Source: Camelus dromedarius
Taxonomy: Eukaryota
Length of the DNA stretch: 64,000 nucleotides
Direction: 5' to 3'
Assembly (NCBI RefSeq): GCF_036321535.1
Contig: NC_087436.1
Location: 60,142,001-60,206,000, forward strand
A program made the translations under genes and the position numbers. The notes under the pieces are model-generated. The model made no database searches and had not been told where the DNA came from. It saw only the letters and a list, made by a program, of their open reading frames with translations. This document shows, piece by piece, positions 1-12,559 of this stretch; positions within the stretch are counted from its first letter, which is position 1, and the number at the start of each line of letters is the position of its first letter.

Positions 1-811
1 GTAGTTCTTGTCCCTGGGAGTATTATTTCTGTGCCCTGACTTAGTGCAAAAGAGGAAATGACTACCTCTACTAAGTTGGATTATAGGATAGAAATAATTT
101 CCCTCGTGTTTTGAGCGTGACTTCAGAATGTGTTTTTCAATAAAGAGGCAAAGTTATATGTATTCAGGAGATAATGCAACATGATAATAGATGTTGCTGT
201 GTTAGATTAACTACATGAATTTGTTTTTGTGATTAGCATAAAAAAATTCATGACTGTAAAATAAATTCTGTAAAGGAAAATGATCAGATTAAGAATCCTA
301 ATTTAAAAATCTTTCTGGAACATATAGATGACAATATTATACAGACTTGAAGTCAACAATTATTAATAAACAATGTAGAGGAAATAATTTCATGAGTTTT
401 CTAAGTCATATGGCAGTCACTGAATTACATAATGACATTTATTAATAAGATCTGTAATGACAATTATGAAGGAAGGAAAGAAGCAAGGCAGGGAGGGATA
501 GGAGAGGGAGGGGAGGATTGATTTTATGCTTTTTTTGAGATTTGTTTCAATACTTTTTTTTAGTATATATTCCTTTTATATTTTTCATTTGCACAAGTGA
601 ATAAGAAAAATTCCCTTCACATTACACACTGATAAATCTTTATGATCTTTGTAGATACAGAAGTATCTCCTGTAAGAAGTACATTGTTTAACAGTGTTTT
701 TTTTTTTTTGAAAATTCACTTTTTATTATAGTGTTCTAGACATAAAAAAGAAAGTCAATTATCTTGCCCAGGGCTTCAGACAGCCATAATCTTCTTTGTT
801 TTCTTGGCAAA

Positions 812-1175
812 ATTTCTTTTTCTTTTAATTGAAGTATAGTTGATTTACAATGTTGTGTTAGTTTCAGGTGTACAGCAAAGTGATTCAATTATACAAATAC
901 ATGCATATATATTCTTTTTCAGATTCTTTTCCCTTATAGGTTATTACAAAATATTGAATATATTTCCCTCTGCTATATAGTAGGTCCTTGTTGTTTATCT
1001 ATTTTATAAATAGAAGTGTATAATATGTTAATCCCAAACTCTTAATCTAAAGAAAAAGATACAAATAAACTTATTTACAAACCAGAAACAGACTCAGAGA
1101 CACAGAAAACAAACTATGGTTACCAAAGGGGACAGGAGAGTGGGGAGGGATAAATTAGGAGTTTGGAATTAAGAG
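812..1175 (-). mobile_element. 5'-truncated, 5'-inverted L1 3' end (artiodactyl type)
   Basis: 812-1047 is the reverse complement of an L1 3'UTR (T-tract, ttgaagtatagttgatttacaatgttgtg...). About 1045-1172 is the adjacent upstream L1 3'UTR segment in + orientation (aaactatggttaccaaagggg). Confidence 0.8.
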
Positions 1176-2205
1176 TTTGCTTCAATATCTTTATACTGAA
1201 TCATATAACCTGAAATATTGAAATTTTAACATGAATGATGATGACCCTTGTCAATTCCATTATAATAATAATAATTACTATATTTATTAGAGCTGTGTTT
1301 TATCAGGTGATTGCAGTTTTAAATATTTCGCTAAGGTCATAAGTGAAATAATTTAAAGCTGAATGTTAAAAGATCAGCGTCCTAATATCTAGGGCTGCTG
1401 AAGAGCCAATGAAGTACCTTGCTGCAAAATATCTGAAGGCTTGCAGCAGAACTGGGCCTGTATTTGAAAGACTAAAAATACTGTAAGACTATAACCGAAG
1501 TATTTAATCAGAGCCTCAGGTTGCGATCGTTGGAAGATGGCAGTGCATTTTATTCTATGTAACTATTCAATCAAGAAAACGAAATACAATGATGACAAAA
1601 TTATTTCTCTTATGGAAGTGCTGTAAAAGAGATTCTTATCCTTAATATCACATAATTACTATTTCATAGAGTAAAACAGCTGGATTCAGCACTAAGTAGG
1701 AAATACCCTCTCCTCACTAAACTAAGAAGGATACATTTGATTTTGAACTAACCCTGGACATGACCTCATAGTAGAACATAGAATATTTGATTTTAATTTC
1801 TGATAGCTTCTTTCACTGGCATTTAAAAAAAATAAAGCAATATGGGCAGACATGCCTTTAAAATTACTTGATGCAGTCAATGAAGAACATATTTTATTTT
1901 CTATCATTATATTCAAGGAAAAAATATTAGTAACCAATCTAATTTTACACTGGTGAAATTTAAATATTTATTACAAATTCACCAGGTTAGTTTTTAAGTA
2001 TCTGATTAGTTATAATTGTCATCTAACTCTAATATGCATATATGGAAATAAATATATACATTTATATATTATAAAATATGTATTATTTTAAATGCTAAAA
2101 TAATCTTTCTTCAATGCAGCTTTTTAATATAAAGATCTATCTTGAAATCCATTCAAAAGATAAAGTTTGAAAGATAAAATTGATAAAGTTTAATTTATAA
2201 AATAA

Positions 2206-2488
2206 GTTTATGCTGAGGAGAAAAAGATATGAACAATTTGTCATCTCTTATTTGACCATTTTTTAAATTCTTAAAGTAATTAAACCAAAATTAATACAAT
2301 TGGTATATAATAATTATACCAAAATAATTACAACTGCACATATTGCCAGGGCAATATAATATATTTAGTTATTTTGGTAAATTATTATATACCAATTGTA
2401 TTAATTTTGGTTTAATTACTTCAAGAACTTAAAAATGGTCAAGTAAGAGATGACAAGTAGGTCATATCCTTTTCTCCTCAGCATAAAC
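2206..2488. repeat. Long imperfect inverted repeat (about 124-bp arms, short spacer)
   Basis: Left arm gtttatgctgaggagaaaa...ccaaaataatta is the reverse complement of right arm tagttattttgg...ttctcctcagcataaac, with about 10 differences by eye. Confidence 0.95.
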
Positions 2489-4039
2489 CCATAAAGGTCC
2501 ATCTGTTCAAAAGTTAAAGATTATAAAATAGAAACTGTCTGAAATACAAGACTATTCTTTATTAAACGTTATTTTTAAAGTACTCTTATTGTTTATAGAG
2601 ATGGAAGGGAAATTAAGTCCTTTATTTAAAATAAGGGGAATAAACAAGGATATCAGGAAAAAAATGGATTAAGTTTAGTGAAAAAATGTAATCTGGAATG
2701 TATGAAGGGACTTCTTTACTGAAGGAATAAATTCAGAATTAATATATCAACTCAGAGTATGAAAAAACAAAAAACCTTCAGTTAAGAATGATCAAGACAA
2801 CAATATTCTTGAGAGGAATATTAAATGCTCAGATAGATAGAAATGTTTGATTATCTAGAAATGTTCTAGTGAACTCAGACATCCTGAGCACCATCCAAAC
2901 ACTAAAGCAAAATATAGTGTGCTACAAAATAGTGTGCTAGACAGCTATGTATATATTATTCAGTGTATACATGCATACAATACATACGTGTATTCAATGT
3001 ATACAATGGAGAGAAAGAAAGTTTAGAAACACACCAAAAAACTACAGAAAACATTCCAGTATACAGGAAAGTATCACAATATTAAAGACGTTCTTGTTAG
3101 TTCTAATCTTGTTAGTTGATGATGTATAGGGCAACAAAAATGATCCTAACACAAATATATTCTGTAATAGACTAACCTTTTATAAAATTAATAGTCAATA
3201 AAATTTCACATCTCAGTTAATACTAGGATGACTTCCCAGAAATTATGTCAATGTTTTCAGGGGTTAGATTTTTACTGAAGACAATCAAAAATGCAATGCA
3301 ACCAAAATGCAATAAATTCCAAAGTGAAATGACAGAGCATGCAAAAATTGTAGAATTCCACTAAATTCACAAAAGTGAGGTAGAAAACTGCTCAAAACAC
3401 ACACAAAACCACTGACAAACCAGAACTGTAAGATATAGAATTAGAGAAGAAAAACTTGTAAAGGATAGCTAGAGAATTTGTACAAGAAACAAAAATTCTT
3501 TGAATATCACAGATTACATCCTTGAAGAAACTGAAGCCCTCAAGCATATTTTTTACAAGAGCTCCTCTTTATGATGGTGCTCAAAAACTCAAGTGTGAAT
3601 TGAAGCTGTTACATATTTCTATTGTTATCTTTATGTCTGTAAAGTTGCTTCCCCAAAACAATACTCGATCATTCTTTATCCATTCCTTGCACTGAAGCCA
3701 TCATTGTAATCATCATCTAAAATAAATTTATATTTTATTTCATTTTTTCAGACAAATTCTTAAATGTTTCTTCTGCCTCCAAAGTATTTACTATGCATTT
3801 GGGGTCTCCATTTGTGATATATTTATCTTAACGGGCTTTTTTTTCCTGAGTCAACCACCTGCACCAAATCAGTTATAGCACTCAATGTTTTCTTAAAGGA
3901 ATGCATTTTACTGAATTTACAAGAAAAATTACTTACAGTATTAGAACACCTCATTTTTCCAGAGAACTATACTCACAGTTATGACCAAACTCCTACTTAG
4001 TAACCATCAATCTCTTGCCAAGACAACTCAAATGTCTAC

Positions 4040-4680
4040 AACTGACTCCTTGCTTCTGTCACTGTCCTCCACAATCTTTCCTACATATTAAAAATGATTT
4101 TTTTCTTGTTTTATTAAAAAATATCTTTGTCGTCCTCTCACTTAAAGGTTTTGGAAGACGTGCCATTAGATTTAAATCCAAATAAATTACATACATTTGC
4201 CAAAGTCCTACCTCTTTAATCTTATAGCAGGTTAACCTCCTTGCTTGATCTGTCTTAGTCACATTAGCCCTTTTTTCTGTCTATTGACCACAGCAAGACA
4301 TTAGGGCCTTAGGGCCTTATTATTCACTCTTGCCAACCCAGGAAACCCCTGCTCTTGCATTTGTATATGGCTGGCTCCATCTTGTTATTCAGATTTTATT
4401 TCAAACTTCACCTCATCACTGGGACTTCAGATCACTCTCTGTATCAAATTGGTTAGCTCCCCTAACTCATCACTCTGTTTAAGCACATGTCGCGCCAGTC
4501 CCCACATGCCCACTTCAATGTACTCACCTCACAAATGGCCTTCCTAACCTATTCGTTTACTTGCCTACTGTTTGCCTCTCCAGACAGGAGTATGAATGCC
4601 ACAAGGGCAGTGACTTCACCTGTCTTGCTCTCTACTGTACCCTAGTACCCAGAAAAATGCCCAGAATACAGTAAACATTA
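4040..4680. mobile_element. L2 fragment
   Basis: Pyrimidine-rich degenerate sequence ending in L2 3' motifs (ccacaagggcagtgacttcacctgtcttgctctctactgtaccctagtaccc). Confidence 0.6.
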
Positions 4681-4703
4681 AAAAAAAATGTGTTTAAAAG
4701 ATG

Positions 4704-4923
4704 GTAACCACTATATATAAAAACAGATTAAAAAAACAAATTTCTTCTGTATAGAAAAGGGAACTATACTCAACATATTGTAATAACTTTTAATGAAAAA
4801 AATGTATTAACGAATATAGGTGTATGTATGCATGACTGGGACATTATGCTGTACACCAGAAACTGACACACTGTAACTGATGATACTTCGATAAATAAAT
4901 AAATAAAAATTTTTTAACATATT
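4704..4923 (+). mobile_element. Short L1 3' end with TSD
   Basis: L1 3'UTR (gcatgactgggacattatgctgtacaccagaaactgacac) and (TAAA)n tail. TSD tgtttaaaagatg at 4691-4703 and 4924-4936. Confidence 0.85.
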
Positions 4924-5739
4924 TGTTTAAAAGATGACTAAATGAAATGGAAAATCATTTAAAATTAACTCAAATGTTTTTTATTAGAAGTACATTTTCA
5001 ACAGGTAAACAATTATGAGCTACAATCATTTTCTTACCCACAGATTTATAATTCATTTTTGTTCATTTTGAGTCATTTAAGTTCCTACCACTGAGTTTAC
5101 CTTCTTAGGAACATCAATTCCTTTTTTCATATGCTTGCATAATTTCAGAGTTAACATTAAAAGAAGTTTTTTGTGCTCTCTCAAGAGTGAAGTGATCTCA
5201 AAAATTTCTATAACCCAAGAAAACTGTACTATATTAAAACAGCCAAAAAAATAGTTTAAAACAGGGTGAAAGGAGGCTTTCTGAAGAAACAGAAGTGGGC
5301 CTTTAACATCTGAGTTCAGTTTAACGTTACCTCAGGATCTCTGCCAATAATTTGAAATTTTATCCAAAACCAAAGAGAAAAAGATCCCAAGCTTAACATT
5401 ATAATTAGTTTTATCCCATCATCCAATTTTATGAGAAATGAAGATATTTCTCTGATGTTCTATGGCCCATCTGCTTTTAAAAATGCAAAAAAAAAAAAAC
5501 CCAGGATTTTGGCCTTGTCTATTATAAAATAGGATAAAATTGTATTTATTAGTCAAAATATGAATCTGTTTTCTAAATATATTTATAAATTCATTCCATT
5601 ATTTTAATCTATCAACATCAACTTTATTTCCCCAAAATCATTTTCTTAAAATCATCTGAATAGTTGAAATATCCAGCTTTAATGAATTTACACATGATAT
5701 CAATAATAAACATGGTATAACTTATTAAAAAGTCATACT

Positions 5740-6015
5740 TGCAGATACTAATGAAAATAAAATAGATAAACAACAAGTGCATACTGTATAGCACAGGAAA
5801 CTATACTCAATATCTTGTAGTAACTTACGGTGCAAAAGAGTATGAAAACAAATATATGTAATGTTCATGCATGACTGAAGCATTGTGCTATACATCAGAA
5901 ATTCATACATTGTAAACTGACTATACTTTAATAAAAAAAAAATACAAAAAAAACCCCACAGCCCAAACATGTCTAATCAAAATAAATAAAATGAATAGTG
6001 CAATTAAAAAAAAAA
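5740..6015 (+). mobile_element. L1 3' end with probable short 3' transduction
   Basis: L1 3'UTR to AATAAA/poly(A) at about 5930-5953, then about 50 bp of other sequence and a second A-tail. Degenerate TSD aaaaagtcatactt / aaaaagttgtaatt. Confidence 0.75.
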
Positions 6016-7029
6016 GTTGTAATTCTACATATTTCAATTTCCTCTTATTTAATACATTTAATAACAAGGTTGTTTTTAGATTTGAACATTACTTACTATA
6101 ATTTACATTTTAAATTTCAAAACATCGTATCTACAAAATGAACACAATTCAATCTAAATTCAAAGATGTAGTTTTAGGGTATGGTTCACATGATAAAATA
6201 TTTCTACTATAATAAATGATCTAAATAAGCTTATTCCAGAGATAAGAAATTAATACAGAAATATAGAAATCATTAATCTGTAATTTGGAAATTCCTAAGA
6301 GTTCATCTTATCCCATATGTTTAAATAAAGACTCAAGTGCTCAAGTTATAGTAAAATTACAAAAATTTCTTTAAGCAAAGGCTTTTTATATGCAGATTTC
6401 TTCAGAAGCTCTCAATAATCACCATAAATTTCCTATTGCTCTAAGAATTCTTTCACATAAATATATTAAGAGATAGAATTATTCATACAATATCTTAAAT
6501 ACATTAAAGATATGGAAGATACAACGAAAATCTCCATCCAGCTAAAAAAGGAACCAGTCCAATAATTTATATCCTATAAAATTAAACCTATATAAAAATC
6601 ACATAATAAGAACATGATAATAGACTCTTCTTTAAAAATCTGCTAATACTTCTTTCAGGCAGTAAGGTCATGTCCAACCATTACAACCTAACCTAGGCAT
6701 GTCAGGCTTTCTCTTAAGTTTGAGGAGCATATTGAATGTATTATATGTCTGAAAATATTTAATAACAAAGTATGTAGCTATTCTACTAAAAAGGCACCTC
6801 ATCAATTAAGGATCAAATATTATAATACTATAGTTTACATAGACATAAAATATTTCTTAATAATTTAGATATTGCATTGGCTAAATAAATTGTGCTACAG
6901 ACACACAATTGACATTTTTAGCACCTAGAAAGATTACAGAAGTATCTCATGACAAATTTGCAACTGCCAGAAACATACTGTATAAGTATATACTACAATC
7001 CTACTAAGTAAAACATGGTATGCATATGT

Positions 7030-7468
7030 GGGACTACCACATAGGTGCTCCACTCAGATCTTCCTTCAAGAAAACCAGCTGTGGGGAGCACACCAGATTG
7101 ACAGCCTCCATCATAGTATTCATCTTGAGACCACACCTCCCCAGTCTGCTCCAGTCAATGACTGAACATGAAAGGGCTCCTAGAATCAGGTCATTCCTAC
7201 CAACCATGGGATTCCTATCATGGGCAACTTTCACTTGAGGACTACCCATTGGACTGGCTGAAACTTTTTCAAATGATTCTGGTCTCTCCTACCCAATTCT
7301 CTCTCCCCTCTCTTCTTACACAGATGTCAGATCTTCATTGCACTCTGAAGATTCTCCAAGACTACCACTGCTCACTCCCCTTTTATCCTTCACAGGTGTC
7401 TCCTCTATTTAATCTCTTGCACATCTAGGTCCATTTTGATGTCTGCTTCTTAGGGGACCAAAACAAAC
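7030..7468. mobile_element. Old ERVL-class solo LTR (LTR16-like)
   Basis: Terminal motif tctgcttcttaggggaccaaaacaaaca. Similar, in opposite orientation, to the element at 32420-32883 (ggtcctaagagaagcagatg). Confidence 0.55.
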
Positions 7469-7847
7469 ATAGTATATATAATTAATATCATTTGTATAGA
7501 AAAAAGGCTAGAAAGAAATCTATCAAACCATTATGATTATTTGAGGAATGCAATTATCAAAGAGAAACTTTTTTTTAAATCACATAAACTTTTCAAAAAT
7601 TCTTTGAGTTCTTTACAAATATTTCACTTTGAAAAATTATTAAATGAATAAATCATTTCTTAAAAACTATTTTTTGTGATGTCATGTCAGTTAACATCAA
7701 ATACAGACTGAAGTGTTGAAGTCATTATTCTATAGATATTGTAATATATTTACTGGCTGCAAACTCTGTATCCTCTTACCATCAATCTGGAACCTAACTG
7801 TCAAGATCATCTTCCTTCAAATGATTGCAGTTAATAGAAAATCAAGC

Positions 7848-8150
7848 AGTATAATGGTTAATTGTACATGTTCATTTGACTAGGCCACGGACTACCCAGG
7901 TATTCAGTGGGCCTCATCAAATCTGAAAGGCCTGAATAGAGTAAAAGGCTGACTAAGGGAGAATTTGCTGTGTCTGTCTGACTGTCTTCAAGTTAGGATA
8001 TCAGTCTTCTCCTGCCTTTGGATTTGGACTAAGACTGGAACCTATTCCACTGGCTCTCCTGGGTATCTAGCTTGCCAACTGCATATCTTGGGATTTCTCA
8101 GCCTCCATAACTGTATGAGTCAATTCCTTATAATGAATCTTCTTACATAG
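7848..8150 (+). mobile_element. MLT2-type LTR (ERVL)
   Basis: tataatggttaattgtacatgttcatttgactaggcc start, and gggatttctcagcctccataactgtatgagtcaattcctta near the end. Confidence 0.75.
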
Positions 8151-8229
8151 ATATAGATATAGGTGTGTATTACATATCCACTAAAGGAACTTCTTTGGCA
8201 TTCCTTATTTTAAAATTAATAAAATTTTC

Positions 8230-9815
8230 ATGCATAGAAAGGCTCATACACCGTGATCAAGTAAGATTGATTCCAGAGATGCAAGAATGGTTCAATATTT
8301 GCAAATCCATCAGTGTGATATACTGTATTAACACAAGTAAGGATAAAAATTACATGATCACCTCAACAGACACAGGAAAAGTATCTGACAAAATTCAATA
8401 CCCTTTCATGATTAAAAAAAGACTCTCAAAGTTGGTATAGAGCAAACTTATCTCAACATAATAAAGGCCATTTATAACAAACCCATAGCTAACTATATTC
8501 AACAGTGATTCAGCTTTTCCTTTAAAATCAGGAACAAGATAAGGATGCCCATTCTCACCACTTCTGTTTAACATGGTATTGGAAGTCCAAGCCACAGCAA
8601 CTGGACAAGAAAAAGAAGTAAAACTGTCACTATTTGCAGATGACATGATACTACATACAGAAAACCCTGAAGTCTTCACCAAAAAACTATTAGAAGTAAG
8701 AAATGAATTCAGTGAAAGTTTCAGGATACAAGATTAATACACAGAAATCTGTTGCTTTTCTATACATTAATTATGAATTATCAGAAAGAGAAATTAAGGA
8801 AACAATCCCATAAAAAAGAATAAAATACCTAGGAATAAACTTAACCAAGGAAGTGAAAGATCTATACTCTGAAAACTATAAAACATTGATGAAGGAATTT
8901 GAAAAAGATACAAAGAAATGGAAAGACATCCCCTAGAGCTTAGAAGAATACTGTTAAAATGGCCATACTACCCAAAACAAAATTGCTAGATTTAATGCAA
9001 TCCCTATCAAAATATCTATGACATTTTTCACAGAATAATCCTAAAATTCATGTGGAACCAAAAAACACCCTAAGTTGCCAAAGCAATCTTGAGATTAAAG
9101 AACAAAGCTGGAGTTAAAATGCTTCCTGACTTCAGACTAAACTACAAAAGTACAATAACCAAAACAACATGGTACTAGCACAAAAACACAACAGAACAGA
9201 GAGCCTAGAAATGAATCCATGCACTTATAATCAGTTAACCTACAACAAAGGAGGCAAGAATATACAATGAAGAAAAGACAGTCTTTTCAATAAGTGGTGG
9301 TGAAAAAACTGTACAGCTACAGGTAAAAGAATGAGATAAGAACATTTGCTCACACCATATATGAAGATAAACTCAAAAAGGATTAAATACTTAAATGTAA
9401 GACCTGAAACTATAAAACTCCTAGAAGAGAACATAGACAGAACAGTCTTTGATATAAATCATAGCAGTGTTTTTTATATCTGTCTCCTAAGGCAAAAGAA
9501 AGTAAAGCAAAAATAAGCAAATGGGATCTAATTAAACAGCAAAAGGAACCATGTACAGAAGTACTTACAGAATAAGAGAAAATGTTTTAAAATGATTTGA
9601 TCAGCAAGGGGTAACAGCTCATATAACTCAGTATCAAAAAATTACCCAATTAAAAAATGGGCAGAAGACCTAAATAGACATTTTTCCAAAGAAAACCTAC
9701 ACATGGCCAACAGGCACATGAAAAAATGCTCAGCATCACTATATAACTGAATTGCTTTGCTGTACACCTGCAACTGACATTGTAAATCAACTACATTTCA
9801 ATAAAAAAAAAAAAA
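8230..9815 (+). mobile_element. L1 ORF2 (RT to C-terminal) fragment plus 3' tip, internally deleted
   Basis: ORF peptides [22 protein letters not shown] and [16 protein letters not shown] motif (ctatttgcagatgacatg) at about 8630. Ends in aataaa-poly(A). Confidence 0.95.
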
Positions 9816-10142
9816 GTAAAAGAATTAACCAATACATATTTGGTGAAAACTCAAATGAACAAAGCAGGGATTTATGTTGGTTACGGTGGTGAAAAAAGAG
9901 AGATTCATTCTGGGATAGATAAGATACAGCTACTACTGGTATGGGTACTTAGAAAAACAAAACCAATAGGATAGTTAGTTAAATAAATAAATCTAAAGAG
10001 ATTATAGATGAAATGTGGAGGCCTATATCCATACTACACTTTAAGCAAATCAAATACATAAACACTGAACTTAGGATAGATACATTTATGAAAACTTTAT
10101 TTATTTTATATAAAAACTTTTTAGACTGTCCAGCTTTTTTGC

Positions 10143-10345
10143 TTTTTTATTGAAATATAGTTGATTTATAATATTACACTCATTTAGGTATACAACATAA
10201 TAATTCAATATTTTTATAGATTATACTCCATTTAAAATTATTACCAAGTAATGGCTGTATTTCCCTATGCTGTACAATGTACCTTTGTTGCTTATTTATT
10301 TTATACACAGTCATTTGTGTCTCTTAATCCCATATTCCTATCTTT
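10143..10345 (-). mobile_element. L1 3' end fragment
   Basis: ttttttattgaaatatagttgatttataat...ttaatccc, the reverse complement of an L1 3'UTR. Confidence 0.75.
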
Positions 10346-10479
10346 CTGATTCTTAGTGTCTCATTAAATAAGTTTAATAATAACTACCTCCAGAGAAGCA
10401 CTCTGATGACAGCTTACTCAAAGAGCCTGCAACGCTAAGCACTCAGTAAACACTTTAGGACATGACTGGGACTACTGGG

Positions 10480-10700
10480 AAGAGCAGTAACTTCGGGACA
10501 AAAGGGCACAATTCAGGTCAAATACTTACATAATATGTAGCCAAATGCACGCTATTAATGTAGCCAAGCACCTAGCCTCTCTTACTCCAAGTTCCTTTAT
10601 CTGTAAAAATGGAGGCAATAATGCCAAAAGAATTTTACCACAGATTAAATGAATAACATGCACAAGGCACTAGAATAATGCCTGGCACATCATGCTTTGG
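10480..10700 (+). mobile_element. MIR
   Basis: MIR core: agttcctttatctgtaaaaatggaggcaataat...attaaatgaataacatgcacaaggcactagaataatgcctggcacat. Confidence 0.75.
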
Positions 10701-10959
10701 CTCACATTCATATATTCTTCTGCATCTTAACTACCCTGTGCATTATGTATTTGTGCAATTACAAAATGAGCCCGGTCACAAAGCCTGCTGGAAAATTTCT
10801 ATGACTTTAGGAATGGCCTCTTTAAGAGTTAAGTTAAAAGAACAGAGAACTCCAGCTGGAACTGGGACGGTGTCAATAAACATGATTTTCAAATCTGTGG
10901 AACCTGGGGATAAACTATAAAAGACAAAGAAAAATATTTACATACTTTCAGATGCAATG

Positions 10960-11160
10960 TGCCAGAGTAAGAGTGAGAAACCTAGAGTTAGGTTGTTGGG
11001 ATAAATGCCAACATAGCTATAAAATTTAGATAAGGTACATAAGTATGCAGAGTTTCAGTTTCCTCTTCTGTAAAATGAATAAGTTCCTACCTATTATGAA
11101 AATGGATGGCATTAGATATGTAAAGTGAACAGTATCTGAAACATAGAAAACAAACGTTAG
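10960..11160 (+). mobile_element. MIR
   Basis: tttcagtttcctcttctgtaaaatgaataag core. Confidence 0.6.
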
Positions 11161-12559
11161 ATATCATACTTGTACACTGGCTATTTTCTGAAGACTTCTC
11201 TTGCTTAGACTGTGTTCTTTTACACTTATTTGGATGATAGACAACAGTTATAGTTTCAGTGTAATGTACTGCATTTAAAAGTCGGATATTTATACTATAA
11301 CCAGTAGATTCTGAAAACTTATTCAGAACAGAGATCTGAAATTGTTAGAACCCCCAAATGCTAAGGTTGTAAACTATGTTTGTCAATGTCAAAATTTTCC
11401 ACTTACCACTGTTGATCTGTAAACTAAATTTTTACTATCCTTATGCTTGAGATGCCCTAATCTTTTATAGCCTTCAAATTGGTTGAATTTTATTGACAGT
11501 AGAGCGGACAGGGTAAAGACGTAAACAGGCGAAAAAAATGGCATGATACTATAAATCATTCCAATTATCAAAGATTAACTATTGTTCAGATTCCATGGTC
11601 ACCAAGCAACATTCTAATTGTGATTCTGTTTTCCATGAAGATCTTTCTAATGAGAAAAATATATGATGAGCGTGCTGATTCAAATAGTTCTGTCTATGTA
11701 ATCATTATAATTTTCTTTGTAAATTAGTAAATTGGAATTCTAGTGGTATTTTAATAAAGACTGGGAGACAGTGTTTATTAAAGTATTGTTACTTGGTGAT
11801 AAAAGGCACTAGAGTAAATTTTTCTTGATGTATCATTTGAAAAACTGTCATTTCACTGAAAAAGAAGACACTAGTAGAGGCAGAATAAGCAAAGATAGGA
11901 AAACTATGTCCATGATGAGGAATATATGTATTAACATATACTTTTTTATAAACATATACAGATGTTTGTAAATGAAAATAAATGTTAAGAACACTACAGG
12001 AAGAATCTACTTGAAGGAACTCTTGGGACTCTTTTTTAAAATTAATAAATTTTTAATAAGTGTATTTATTCTATATTCCATTTTTATATATTTGCTTAAA
12101 TTGTGATATGGACACAGACTTCCACATTTTATCTAGAAACTACATTTCAGGACTTCATGAGGGTACTAATAATATTCAGTTAAGTATTTTCATGTTGGAC
12201 TCCTGTGGATATTGATCCTTTTTGTTAAAGAAAAAGGCAATATTCAGTTTGGAATACCCAACTTTGTTTTTCAAAGCAAAGAGTTGGGCTAGATTAATCA
12301 GGACTTCACAGAATTTAGAGCAGATTTTCACTTTCTACATATCTTCAGTAAGCATTACTAAGCAACAATAAACACTTAAGCGTCCTAGAATAAAGTGTTT
12401 TACAAATCCAAAGAATAAATAATGCCTATTGAATCTCTGTGAAACCTTGGTTTTTCACACCCATTCAAGGTCCCATCAATTTGAATATCTCAACTTCACA
12501 ATGATCATTTGGAGACAGCATACTAAGCAGAAAAGGGTAAAACTCAGTGTGTGAGTGCA

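Noticed and set aside
1393..1486. Plus-strand terminal-exon-like frame AAEEPMKYLAAKYLKACSRTGPVFERLKIL*
   Set aside because: Poor polypyrimidine tract, unrecognised peptide and no supporting upstream exon.
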